Below are positions 8,690 through 16,856 of a DNA stretch of 64,000 bases, in pieces. Numbering within the stretch: position 1 is the stretch's first letter; each line of letters starts with the position of its first letter. Source of the DNA: Acidobacteriota bacterium (GTDB lineage: Bacteria; Acidobacteriota; UBA6911; RPQK01; JAJDTT01); NCBI GenBank assembly GCA_965217775.1, contig CBDCJH010000002.1, positions 608,001-672,000 on the forward strand, read 5' to 3'. The notes under the pieces are model-generated. The model had not been told where the DNA came from and ran no database searches. It saw only the letters and a list, made by a program, of their open reading frames with translations. Position numbers and translations under genes: made by a program.

Positions 8690-11600
8690 ATGCCTTCACC
8701 GAGCAGTGACTTATCCGCAAGGCGTTGGGGAGAGCACCGGAAACGTCTGGTTAACTGGGTAAGTCGCCAGCTGATCGGCCCCGTGCATGTTGGTCGCCTG
8801 CAGGGATCCCCGCTTGAGCGGTATCCCACGGGCGTTCTACATCCCGTGGAACCAGGATTCTCGGGCCTCGATCCGGCGAATCCGGCGGACGACGAGGAGC
8901 ACGAGTCGCCTGTCGTTAACGGAGAGGCCGCTGAACGGAATCTGGCGCAACCGGTTCGGCGAAGGCGTTACGTGCCTCCGTCCTCCGTCAGTTTTTCGTT
9001 CTTTGTTCGCTCCGGCGACGACCTGAGCCTGCGTATCACGGCTTCCGCCGCCATTTACGAACGGACGGGCGAAAGAGATAGTCGAGGACGGTTTCTGAGG
9101 CGCGAATACAGGCGCAAGTCCCTCCAATTCGCAATGGAATGGCCCGGGGGCGACCCTACTCTGCCCGAAGATGTGCTCCTCGAAGTGCGCGAGCGGACAC
9201 ACGGAGACGGCCGCATCCTCACCGTGGTCTTCGCGAACCGCCGGGAGCCGGCCCGATTCCATGAGGACCGGGACGAGCGCTGCCTGTTCGAGGCGGGTCT
9301 GGAAGTGGAGGTCGTAAACGGGGAGGTGGCGGAGTACCCGCGCGTGGACCCGGATCTGCTCACCGAAGAGGAGCGGGAACTCGAGTTGCAGTATCGGCAC
9401 AAGCGCATCTATGCGGTGGGTCACGGCGCGGCGGTGGGCTGGTCCGTGGAACTGGGGACACCCGCCAGGATCTGGGCCGAATTCATACCGCAGGTGGAAG
9501 TTCCCCTGGTGACGGTCAATGCCCGAGGTGTCGATGAAGAGGTTCTGGTTATGGAGGACCTGGCCGGAGCGCCCTGGGATGGGGTCCTCGACCGGCTTGA
9601 CGCCTTCGTGGGTGGATACGAGCGCTGGATCAGGGAACGGTCTCGGGAGGCCGAAAATCTGGAAACCGCGGTGGAACGGGCCACCGCCGAGCGTATCTGC
9701 GGGCGGATGGCCACGGCGCGGGAGCGCATGCGCCGCGGTGTGGCGCTGCTCCGCACCGACGCCGGAGCGAAGTTTGCATTTCGCCAAGCCAATCTGGCGA
9801 TGCTGGCGCAGATGCGGCAGCAGGATCGCAACCGGGATGAAAGGAAGAGGGACGAACGGAAGGACTCGCGGGAGTACCGGTGGCGGCCGTTCCAACTGGC
9901 CTTTCTGCTGGCCGTCATCGAGTCCACGGTTCGGGAGGAGGACGACTTCCGCGGCGTCCTGGACCTGATCTGGTTTCCCACGGGCGGCGGCAAGACCGAA
10001 GCTTACCTGGGCCTGATCGCTTTCCTGATCGTGTGGCGCCGTTTGCGACATGGGAGCGTCGGCGGCGGCACGGTGGTTCTGATGCGCTATACGCTACGTC
10101 TGTTGACTAGACAACAGTTCGAGCGCGCGACCCGCATCATCTGCGCCTTGGAGCTGTTGCGGCGCCGCGACCCGACAAGGCTGGGCGAAGAGCCCATCAC
10201 CGTCGGCATTTGGGTCGGCCGGGCGGCGACTCCTAACACCTGCAGACAGGCGAAGGGGTGCGTGGACGATCTGGCGACGGGCGATGAGGACGCGGGTCAC
10301 CAGCTCGTGCTGAGAGCGTGCCCGTGGTGCCACCATGAGTTCACCGCGCCGCGGAGCTACCGGGCGACGCTCATTGACTTCGTATTTCTGTGCCGCAATC
10401 CCGATTGCGAATTCGGTCCCGATGGCGAGTCGGTCGACCCGCGGCCCCTGCCCTGCAACGTCGTGGACGAAGTGCTGTATGAACGCCCGCCGACGCTCCT
10501 GATCGCCACCATCGACAAGTTTGCCCGCTTGGCCTGGGAACAACGCGCCGTCGGCTTCTTCGGCAGCCCGAAACCGGGGACCGGCTGTGCCTGCCGGCCA
10601 CCGGAACTGGTGATCCAGGACGAGCTTCACCTCATCGCCGGACCCCTGGGGTCCGTGGCCGGCCTCTATGAGGCGGCGTTGGAGACGGTTCTGGCGCAAC
10701 GCGGCGTGCGTCCCAAGTACGTCGCCTCGACGGCGACCATCCGCATGGCGCGGGAGCAGGTGAGAAGTCTGTACGGCCGAGAGCTTGCCGTCTTCCCGCC
10801 GCCGGGCCTCTCGGCCGACGACTCCTGGTTCGCGCGCGCGGATCACTTGCGTCCGGGCCGTCTCTACGTCGGCTATCTGGCGCCGGCGCTGGATCAGCAG
10901 CACTGTCTGGCGCCGCTGGCAGGCGCTCTGCTCAAGGCGCCGTTCTCCGTATTTGAGGGTCAGCGGGATCGGGACGATCTTCTGGAAGCTTGGTGGACTC
11001 AGGTGATCTATCATGGCAGCTTGCGCGGCGTCGGCAACAGCCACAACGCCTACGCCACCTCGGTGCGCGACGTCGTGCGGCGTCTCGATCAAGAAATGGA
11101 ACAGAGGAGACGCGATCAAGGAGACGGCGACGGCGCCAGGGAGAGAACCGAAACACTCCGGAGCCTGGCGCAACTCACCAGCCTGTCCACGGCACAGCAG
11201 AATGCCCGAACCTTCGATCGTTTGAAGCTGGAGCGTGGGGACCCCGATTGTCTGAACGTGGTGCTGGCCACGAACATGATCTCCGTGGGAGTGGACGTCG
11301 ACCGGCTGGCGGCGATGGTCATCAACGGACAGCCGCTCACCACCGCCGAGTACGTTCAGGCGAGCAGCCGCATCGGGCGCGCCCACGTCCCGGGCCTCGT
11401 GTTCGCCAACTACTATCGCCACCAGGCGCGCAGCCTCTCCCATTACGAGAACTTCCGGCCCTACCACGAGTCCTTCTACCGTTTCGTAGAGCCGACCAGC
11501 GTGACGCCGTTCACCTATCAAGTTCGCACCCGTGCCCTGCATGCGGCCCTGGTCTCCGCCGTGCGCCACGGCTGCGACGCCTTGTGCAGGAACCAGGACG

Positions 11601-11908
11601 CCGGCGCATTCGACACGGAAGACGGCACGGTGAGGGCCGTGATCGAACGGCTGAAGTGCCGCTGCCGGCAGGCCGACAAGGCCCGAGGGAGCGCCACGCT
11701 CCGCCACCTCGACCGGCTCGCGGAACGGTGGCACGAGGAGGCGCGGCGTTGCGAGCGGCAGAAGCGCCGGTTGAACTACGAGGCGAAGGATGGAAGCTCC
11801 GACGGCCTGTTGCGCCAATTCGACGACCCTCCTTCTCGGGGGCTGTGGCGGACGTTGAACTCCATGCGCAATGTCGAAGACACGGGAGTGTTGCAGCGCG
11901 ATGATTGA
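8690..11908 (+). CDS. drmA: DISARM DrmA-like SF2 helicase
   Basis: WRPFQLAFLL, LIWFPTGGGKTEAYL, RYTLRLLT, IQDELHL, ASTAT, ATNMISVGVD and YVQASSRIGR motifs; Zn-like CPWC and CRNPDC. Confidence 0.85.
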   Translation: MPSPSSDLSARRWGEHRKRLVNWVSRQLIGPVHVGRLQGSPLERYPTGVLHPVEPGFSGLDPANPADDEEHESPVVNGEAAERNLAQPVRRRRYVPPSSVSFSFFVRSGDDLSLRITASAAIYERTGERDSRGRFLRREYRRKSLQFAMEWPGGDPTLPEDVLLEVRERTHGDGRILTVVFANRREPARFHEDRDERCLFEAGLEVEVVNGEVAEYPRVDPDLLTEEERELELQYRHKRIYAVGHGAAVGWSVELGTPARIWAEFIPQVEVPLVTVNARGVDEEVLVMEDLAGAPWDGVLDRLDAFVGGYERWIRERSREAENLETAVERATAERICGRMATARERMRRGVALLRTDAGAKFAFRQANLAMLAQMRQQDRNRDERKRDERKDSREYRWRPFQLAFLLAVIESTVREEDDFRGVLDLIWFPTGGGKTEAYLGLIAFLIVWRRLRHGSVGGGTVVLMRYTLRLLTRQQFERATRIICALELLRRRDPTRLGEEPITVGIWVGRAATPNTCRQAKGCVDDLATGDEDAGHQLVLRACPWCHHEFTAPRSYRATLIDFVFLCRNPDCEFGPDGESVDPRPLPCNVVDEVLYERPPTLLIATIDKFARLAWEQRAVGFFGSPKPGTGCACRPPELVIQDELHLIAGPLGSVAGLYEAALETVLAQRGVRPKYVASTATIRMAREQVRSLYGRELAVFPPPGLSADDSWFARADHLRPGRLYVGYLAPALDQQHCLAPLAGALLKAPFSVFEGQRDRDDLLEAWWTQVIYHGSLRGVGNSHNAYATSVRDVVRRLDQEMEQRRRDQGDGDGARERTETLRSLAQLTSLSTAQQNARTFDRLKLERGDPDCLNVVLATNMISVGVDVDRLAAMVINGQPLTTAEYVQASSRIGRAHVPGLVFANYYRHQARSLSHYENFRPYHESFYRFVEPTSVTPFTYQVRTRALHAALVSAVRHGCDALCRNQDAGAFDTEDGTVRAVIERLKCRCRQADKARGSATLRHLDRLAERWHEEARRCERQKRRLNYEAKDGSSDGLLRQFDDPPSRGLWRTLNSMRNVEDTGVLQRDD

Positions 11909-13784
11909 CGACGCCATGCCGGTGCGCCTTTCGCACCTGTTGCGGCACTGTTCCGTGGGCGCCGTGGTCCGGGGTCCGGAACATCTGGTGACGGTGAAGG
12001 ACACCTCCCTCTGGAGAGGTCACGAAGAGCGGGTGATCCGACACGTCGAACGGGTGCGCAGCACCCTTCGTATCGGCAAGAGGATCCTGTGTACGCCGCC
12101 GAAGGCCCGCATCGAGGAGGACAGGGTGTTGGGACAACCCATACCCGCCATGCGTTTTCCGGGCTGGACACGGTGCTCCATATGCGGACTGCTGCACTAT
12201 CGTCCCTGGCGGCGCGCCCGGACGAGCGAGACGGAAACCCGTGGCCAAGTGCAGATCGACCCACTGCTTTGTTCGGGTCCGGGACAGGGCGGCCGGAGGG
12301 ATGACGACAATCCGGTCTGCGGCGGAAAGCTGGAACAGACGCCCTGGGTGCTGGTTCACGAGCACGGGTATCTGGCGGATGTCCCCTGGCATGCGCTGGC
12401 GCACCACGACACCAGGCATCCGGATCAAGGTGCGTGTCGTGCGGATTGGACGACCCCCTACCTGAAGATACGACCCGCGCCGCGAGGTTACCGAGTCTCT
12501 TGTAAGGAATGTCGAGCCTCTGGCTCGATCGGGGGGCGTTTTCCCTATTCCGTGCATGAGTGGCCGCAGCCATGGTTCCGCGACCCTCCGCCGAGTCCGC
12601 CGGAGGGACTGGCCTGGATACTCGAGATCAACGACGTTCGCGTCCACTCGGCGGAGACCCGGACGGCGTTGGTCATTCCCCCAGAGTCCCGCATTCGCAA
12701 GGGAACCGTGGTGGACCGCCTGTACAGCAGCACGGAAAAGCAGGCGGAGATCCGGGGGGCACGAACTCGTCTCCAGCGAAGGACGACTCTGAAGCGAATG
12801 GCCCGCGAGTGGGGATGTAGTATCGATGAGGTCAAAGGCGCGGTCGGGGAGGTCGCACGCGGATATCCTCTATACGGGGAACCGATCAGCGATGAAGATC
12901 TGTTCGTCGCCGAGTACCGGGCACTGATCGGAGAGATCCCGGATCTGGAAGAGGACGAGGATTTCGTCACCGAGCATCACACGCCGGCATGGACTGATCT
13001 CGGCCGGAAGCTGGACGGCGCCGCCGCACGGCTGACCGCCGGGGTGGATCGGCTGATCGCCGTCAACCGACTCAAGGAGATCATGGTGCTGACGGGATTC
13101 CGGCGGCTCGGAGGCCAAGTGACGCCTCCCGACCTCACCGGAAAAGCCGAATGGCTGCCAGCGCTGGAACTCTACGGTGAAGGGCTCTTCTTCACCGTAC
13201 GAGAGTCGTTTCTGCGGCGCTGGGAGGAGCATGCCGGTGTCAAGGGGCGCGCCAAGGCGTTCTGCAAGCGTTTCGAAGAGTCTGACCTGCGCCTGCCTGT
13301 GGAGCCGCAACCGCAGATCTCTCCCCGTTTCCTGGCTCTCCACACGCTGGCCCACCTGATGATCCGGGAGTTGGAGACCAAGGCCGGTTACCCCGCGGCC
13401 TCGCTGAAGGATCGAATCTACTGCGAGATCGGTCGTGACCGAGGACCTGAGCCGATGGCGGGGATTCTGATCTACGTCGCCGTGCCGGATACGGAAGGTT
13501 CGCTCGGCGGCCTGCTGAGTCAGGCGGAGCCGCGCCGCTTTCTGCGCCTGCTGAGCGCGGCAGTCGAGGCGGCCTCCTGGTGTTCGCTGGATCCCGTCTG
13601 TGCCCGACAGGAGGGTCATGGCCCGGGTCTCCTGAACGGCGCGGCGTGCCACGCTTGCGCCCTGGTGCCGGAGACCAGCTGCGCCTTCGGCAACATGCTG
13701 TTGGATCGAATCTTCGTCACGGACGTCGACGGTCGTCTACCGGGGCTGTTCGATGCAGCCGGGCGTGCTTTACGCTGGAATTAA
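11901..13784 (+). CDS. drmB: DrmB-like DUF1998 protein
   Basis: HTLAHLMIREL, GYPAASL-DRIY, GSLGGL and the C-terminal cysteine cluster CSLDPVC...ACHAC...ETSC...N-LLDR. Overlaps the drmA end by 8 bp. Confidence 0.85.
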   Translation: MIDDAMPVRLSHLLRHCSVGAVVRGPEHLVTVKDTSLWRGHEERVIRHVERVRSTLRIGKRILCTPPKARIEEDRVLGQPIPAMRFPGWTRCSICGLLHYRPWRRARTSETETRGQVQIDPLLCSGPGQGGRRDDDNPVCGGKLEQTPWVLVHEHGYLADVPWHALAHHDTRHPDQGACRADWTTPYLKIRPAPRGYRVSCKECRASGSIGGRFPYSVHEWPQPWFRDPPPSPPEGLAWILEINDVRVHSAETRTALVIPPESRIRKGTVVDRLYSSTEKQAEIRGARTRLQRRTTLKRMAREWGCSIDEVKGAVGEVARGYPLYGEPISDEDLFVAEYRALIGEIPDLEEDEDFVTEHHTPAWTDLGRKLDGAAARLTAGVDRLIAVNRLKEIMVLTGFRRLGGQVTPPDLTGKAEWLPALELYGEGLFFTVRESFLRRWEEHAGVKGRAKAFCKRFEESDLRLPVEPQPQISPRFLALHTLAHLMIRELETKAGYPAASLKDRIYCEIGRDRGPEPMAGILIYVAVPDTEGSLGGLLSQAEPRRFLRLLSAAVEAASWCSLDPVCARQEGHGPGLLNGAACHACALVPETSCAFGNMLLDRIFVTDVDGRLPGLFDAAGRALRWN

Positions 13785-13785
13785 T

Positions 13786-14964
13786 ATGGCGAAGCGCCGG
13801 TTCGAACTCCCCGGCGTCCAGGACCTGAGCAAGGAGCAGGAAGCGGCTCGGGCTCTGCCAAAAGAGGGCCAGCACCTGATCGTCGGCGGCCCTGGGACTG
13901 GAAAGACGGTGCTGGCGCTGATCCGAGTCCGGCGTCACGCTCGGGATCGTGACCGTCATGTGTTCCTGGTCCACAATCACCTGCTCCACCGTTCGAGCGT
14001 CCAACTGGCTGGCGAAACGCTGTCTAGCGCCACCTGGGAGAGGTGGTTCGCCGAGAAGTTCCGGGAAATCATCGGCCGACTCTTGCCCAGAGAGCATCCG
14101 GATACACCGGGTGGGTACCGAGCTGTCAACTGGACGGCCGTTTTGGATCACGTGAAGAGGGTGACGCCGCTCAAAGATACTCCGTACCTGGTGATCGACG
14201 AAGGCCAGGACATGCCGCCCGAATTTTACCGGTCCCTGGTCCATCTGGGATTCGAACGTCTTTTCGTGGCGGCGGATCAGAATCAGCAGATCACGGACGC
14301 CCACAGCAGTCGCGAGGACATCGAAACCGAGTTGGGCATCGAAACAAAGGACGTCATTGAATTGACCTACAACTACCGTAACAGCGCGCCGGTGGCGAAG
14401 CTGGCGCACGCGTTCCGGACCGGCGACCCCGCCAGCCCGGCTCCAGGGCTGCCTGAGCGCCGGGGTGTTCCCGCATGGCTCTTCGACTATCCTCCGGAGA
14501 GCGTGGGAGAGATCTGCCAGCGGATTGTCCTGCTCTCTGATCGCGACCCGACCAGGTTGGTCGGTGTGCTGGCGCCCAACAACACCGTCCGGCAACGCTA
14601 TCTCGACGGATTGCGCGCCGTGGAAAGGGACATCTTGGACCATGATCTCCCAAACATCGAAACCTTCTACGGCGACCATCGGCCCGACATCCGTTTCGAC
14701 GAAGGCGGGATCCTGGTGATCAACGCCCAAGCATGCAAGGGACTGGAGTTCGACATCGCCGTGCTGGCCGATATCGATCAGCACTACTATCGACCTGACG
14801 ATCCAGAGCCGACAAAGAAGCTCTTCTACGTCATGGTGGCCCGGGCGCAGGAACAGGTGATCCTGCTTCGACAGAGCGGAGTCGACAGTCGAATCGAAGA
14901 GATACTGCCTGACGATCCGGAATTGCTGCGGCGGATGTGTTTGAAGGAGAGGAACGGGAACTGA
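13786..14964 (+). CDS. Compact superfamily 1 (UvrD-like) helicase/ATPase
   Basis: GGPGTGKT, IDEGQD, DQNQQI, YNYRNS, KGLEFD and FYVMVARA motifs. Starts 1 bp after the drmB stop. Confidence 0.85.
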   Translation: MAKRRFELPGVQDLSKEQEAARALPKEGQHLIVGGPGTGKTVLALIRVRRHARDRDRHVFLVHNHLLHRSSVQLAGETLSSATWERWFAEKFREIIGRLLPREHPDTPGGYRAVNWTAVLDHVKRVTPLKDTPYLVIDEGQDMPPEFYRSLVHLGFERLFVAADQNQQITDAHSSREDIETELGIETKDVIELTYNYRNSAPVAKLAHAFRTGDPASPAPGLPERRGVPAWLFDYPPESVGEICQRIVLLSDRDPTRLVGVLAPNNTVRQRYLDGLRAVERDILDHDLPNIETFYGDHRPDIRFDEGGILVINAQACKGLEFDIAVLADIDQHYYRPDDPEPTKKLFYVMVARAQEQVILLRQSGVDSRIEEILPDDPELLRRMCLKERNGN

Positions 14965-16571
14965 TGACTCAGCGTAATCTGTTGAGTGACCCTGCACGAC
15001 CGCCCGAATCCGCCACGCCAGGGACAGCACCGGCAGCCGGTTACCTGGTCACCAATCACCTGAATCTGATGTACATGTTGGGCTCGGGTCTGGTGCTGCC
15101 GCGCACCGGTTTCGGGGACAAGTACTATCAGGACACCCTCCAATGTTGCCCGGGCTGGATCCCATTGTTCACCGGCAGACCCTTGAGCGCAGCCATTGCC
15201 GGCTCCCTGTCCGAGGCGAAGCACCTCAGACCCTGCATTGTCAGGATCTCTCTCAAGGGGTTTTCCGGGCGGATCGTGGCTCTGGGCTCGGGAGACCTGC
15301 GGGAACGCCGGTTCCCCGACGACGTGGGTAAGCCTGAGCTGCTGTTTTTGCCCGCGCCGCTACCGACGTCTTCGATCGAGAGGATCCTGTTTCGATCGGT
15401 GGAAGAGCGAAAGGCGTGCGAGACGGAGGCTCGGGATTTCGGCAACGTGCCCTGGGCCGAGTTCACGACCAGAACGGACAGAAGGCGGTTCTCGAACGCC
15501 TCGAACGCACCCTGGCCTCCGCAACGAGCACCTGCGCCTCGGGATGTGCCACTAGGTCCGCCCCAGGCCGCCGGCGGCATGATGGCGATGCTGCGGCTGA
15601 TAGGCAGCAAATGCGCGAACGAAATGCCCGCGACCGAAGAGCCCCTGGCCGTTGCCGCCTGTCGCCTGGCCTTCGATCCGCCTCCGGAACCCGCGCCCGA
15701 GCTGGCGGGCACGATTCTTGCAGGACTCGGATCATGGATGCGCTCCGGGGGTGAGGTGGGGTTGGCAATGGAGTCCACTTCCGCCGCCGCCGGCCGGAAT
15801 GCATGGCGACGGTTGTTCTGGGGCGCGGCCGGCCGACTCGCGCAGGAGATGGGCGCGGATGGCGGGACTGACTCGGCTAGCGCGCTGCTCGAATACTTCG
15901 GCGACGCCTCGACGCAGATTTCATCCAAATTGAGGGAGCGTGTCCGAAGGCTAAGGAACGACCTCGAGTCCCTGACCGGACTGGGGAAGTTCCGAACTTC
16001 GGAGCTCTGGGAGAAGTATGCGACCCCGCTGCCTCGGGCGATGTCGCTGCTGTTTCTTCGACGGACCTGTACCGAGCTGTTGGAAGTCCAGGCTCCGGAA
16101 CTGAGGGACGAAGACTGGGTGGCGGCTGCCGTGCTGTTCGGCGCCCGTTCCGGATGGCTGGCTTTGCCGCTGTCCTTGCGGGGTGGCCCGGCGGCTTCCC
16201 GGGCAGTCTCCCACCGCATGGCTGCCCTGAGCCATCGAATGGCCGCCACCGGCTTCGACCTGGGACCGCCGCCGGAACGGCCGAAACCCCTTGCCGAATG
16301 GTTTCTCGGCAGTTGGAGTGCCCGCCAGGTTTCCGCTGCCCTGGAGTTGGCCCGGACACAAGGATGGGACTGTCTTGAGACGCGGGTGAAATTGGGGTAT
16401 GGCGATTATCGTCTGGAAGTCTCACGGGGTGGAACCGAGATCGTGTTCCAAGGCGAAGCCAAGGGCCTTGAAACGGTAGTTGACAGAGACCGTTTCCTGA
16501 ATCTGCTCGCGAGGGAAGCAATCATCAATCCGAAGATCGAGGAGCGCTTGGTACAGAAATTGAAGCGCTGA
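14964..16571 (+). CDS. Hypothetical protein (535 aa), possible N-terminal ADP-ribosyltransferase-like domain
   Basis: TGATG coupling to the SF1 helicase and a purine-rich RBS support a real gene. The function is inferred only from motif pattern. Confidence 0.75.
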   Translation: MTQRNLLSDPARPPESATPGTAPAAGYLVTNHLNLMYMLGSGLVLPRTGFGDKYYQDTLQCCPGWIPLFTGRPLSAAIAGSLSEAKHLRPCIVRISLKGFSGRIVALGSGDLRERRFPDDVGKPELLFLPAPLPTSSIERILFRSVEERKACETEARDFGNVPWAEFTTRTDRRRFSNASNAPWPPQRAPAPRDVPLGPPQAAGGMMAMLRLIGSKCANEMPATEEPLAVAACRLAFDPPPEPAPELAGTILAGLGSWMRSGGEVGLAMESTSAAAGRNAWRRLFWGAAGRLAQEMGADGGTDSASALLEYFGDASTQISSKLRERVRRLRNDLESLTGLGKFRTSELWEKYATPLPRAMSLLFLRRTCTELLEVQAPELRDEDWVAAAVLFGARSGWLALPLSLRGGPAASRAVSHRMAALSHRMAATGFDLGPPPERPKPLAEWFLGSWSARQVSAALELARTQGWDCLETRVKLGYGDYRLEVSRGGTEIVFQGEAKGLETVVDRDRFLNLLAREAIINPKIEERLVQKLKR

Positions 16572-16644
16572 ACCCATTTCGATCATTCGACCTTTTCAGA
16601 GGCATCTTGCTGGCCTGAACGGTATGGGGAAATAGTCCTCAGAA

Positions 16645-16674
16645 TTGACAATGCCGCCCGGATTGGTTTAAAAA
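16645..16674 (+). promoter_or_regulatory. Sigma70-type promoter for tRNA-Glu
   Basis: Perfect TTGACA, then 17-18 bp, then TTAAAA/TAAAAA, about 17 bp before the tRNA. Confidence 0.65.
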
Positions 16675-16690
16675 ACCGTCATCGTCGGGT

Positions 16691-16766
16691 GGCCCCATCG
16701 TCTAGTGGCCTAGGACGCCGCCCTCTCAAGGCGGTAACACGGGTTCGACTCCCGTTGGGGCTACCA
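16691..16766 (+). tRNA. tRNA-Glu (anticodon CTC)
   Basis: Acceptor stem GGCCCCA/TGGGGCT, anticodon arm CCGCC-CTCTCAA-GGCGG, T-loop GGTTCGACTCCC and encoded CCA. Confidence 0.97.
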
Positions 16767-16856
16767 TCTCTCCCTCCGGAAAAACGGATACGCGAGTCGA
16801 GGTGGGATGCATCCACTTTCCGCGCCGGCACTTCGAACGCCGTGTAGGATGAAACG

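Noticed and set aside
9832-9864. RDERK-RDERK micro-duplication in DrmA
   Set aside because: A short in-frame degenerate duplication in a likely loop, with no evidence of function.
10094-12004. 636-aa antisense ORF, and similar long ORFs at 23138-25429, 41439-42923, 43124-44641 and 56743-58488
   Set aside because: Shadow ORFs opposite well-supported genes, expected in high-GC DNA; no recognisable motifs.
8690-13784. Calling the locus a canonical DISARM, Druantia or Dpd system
   Set aside because: There is no methyltransferase, PLD, SNF2 or dpdA gene, and the helicase and DUF1998 are separate genes rather than fused as in DruE.
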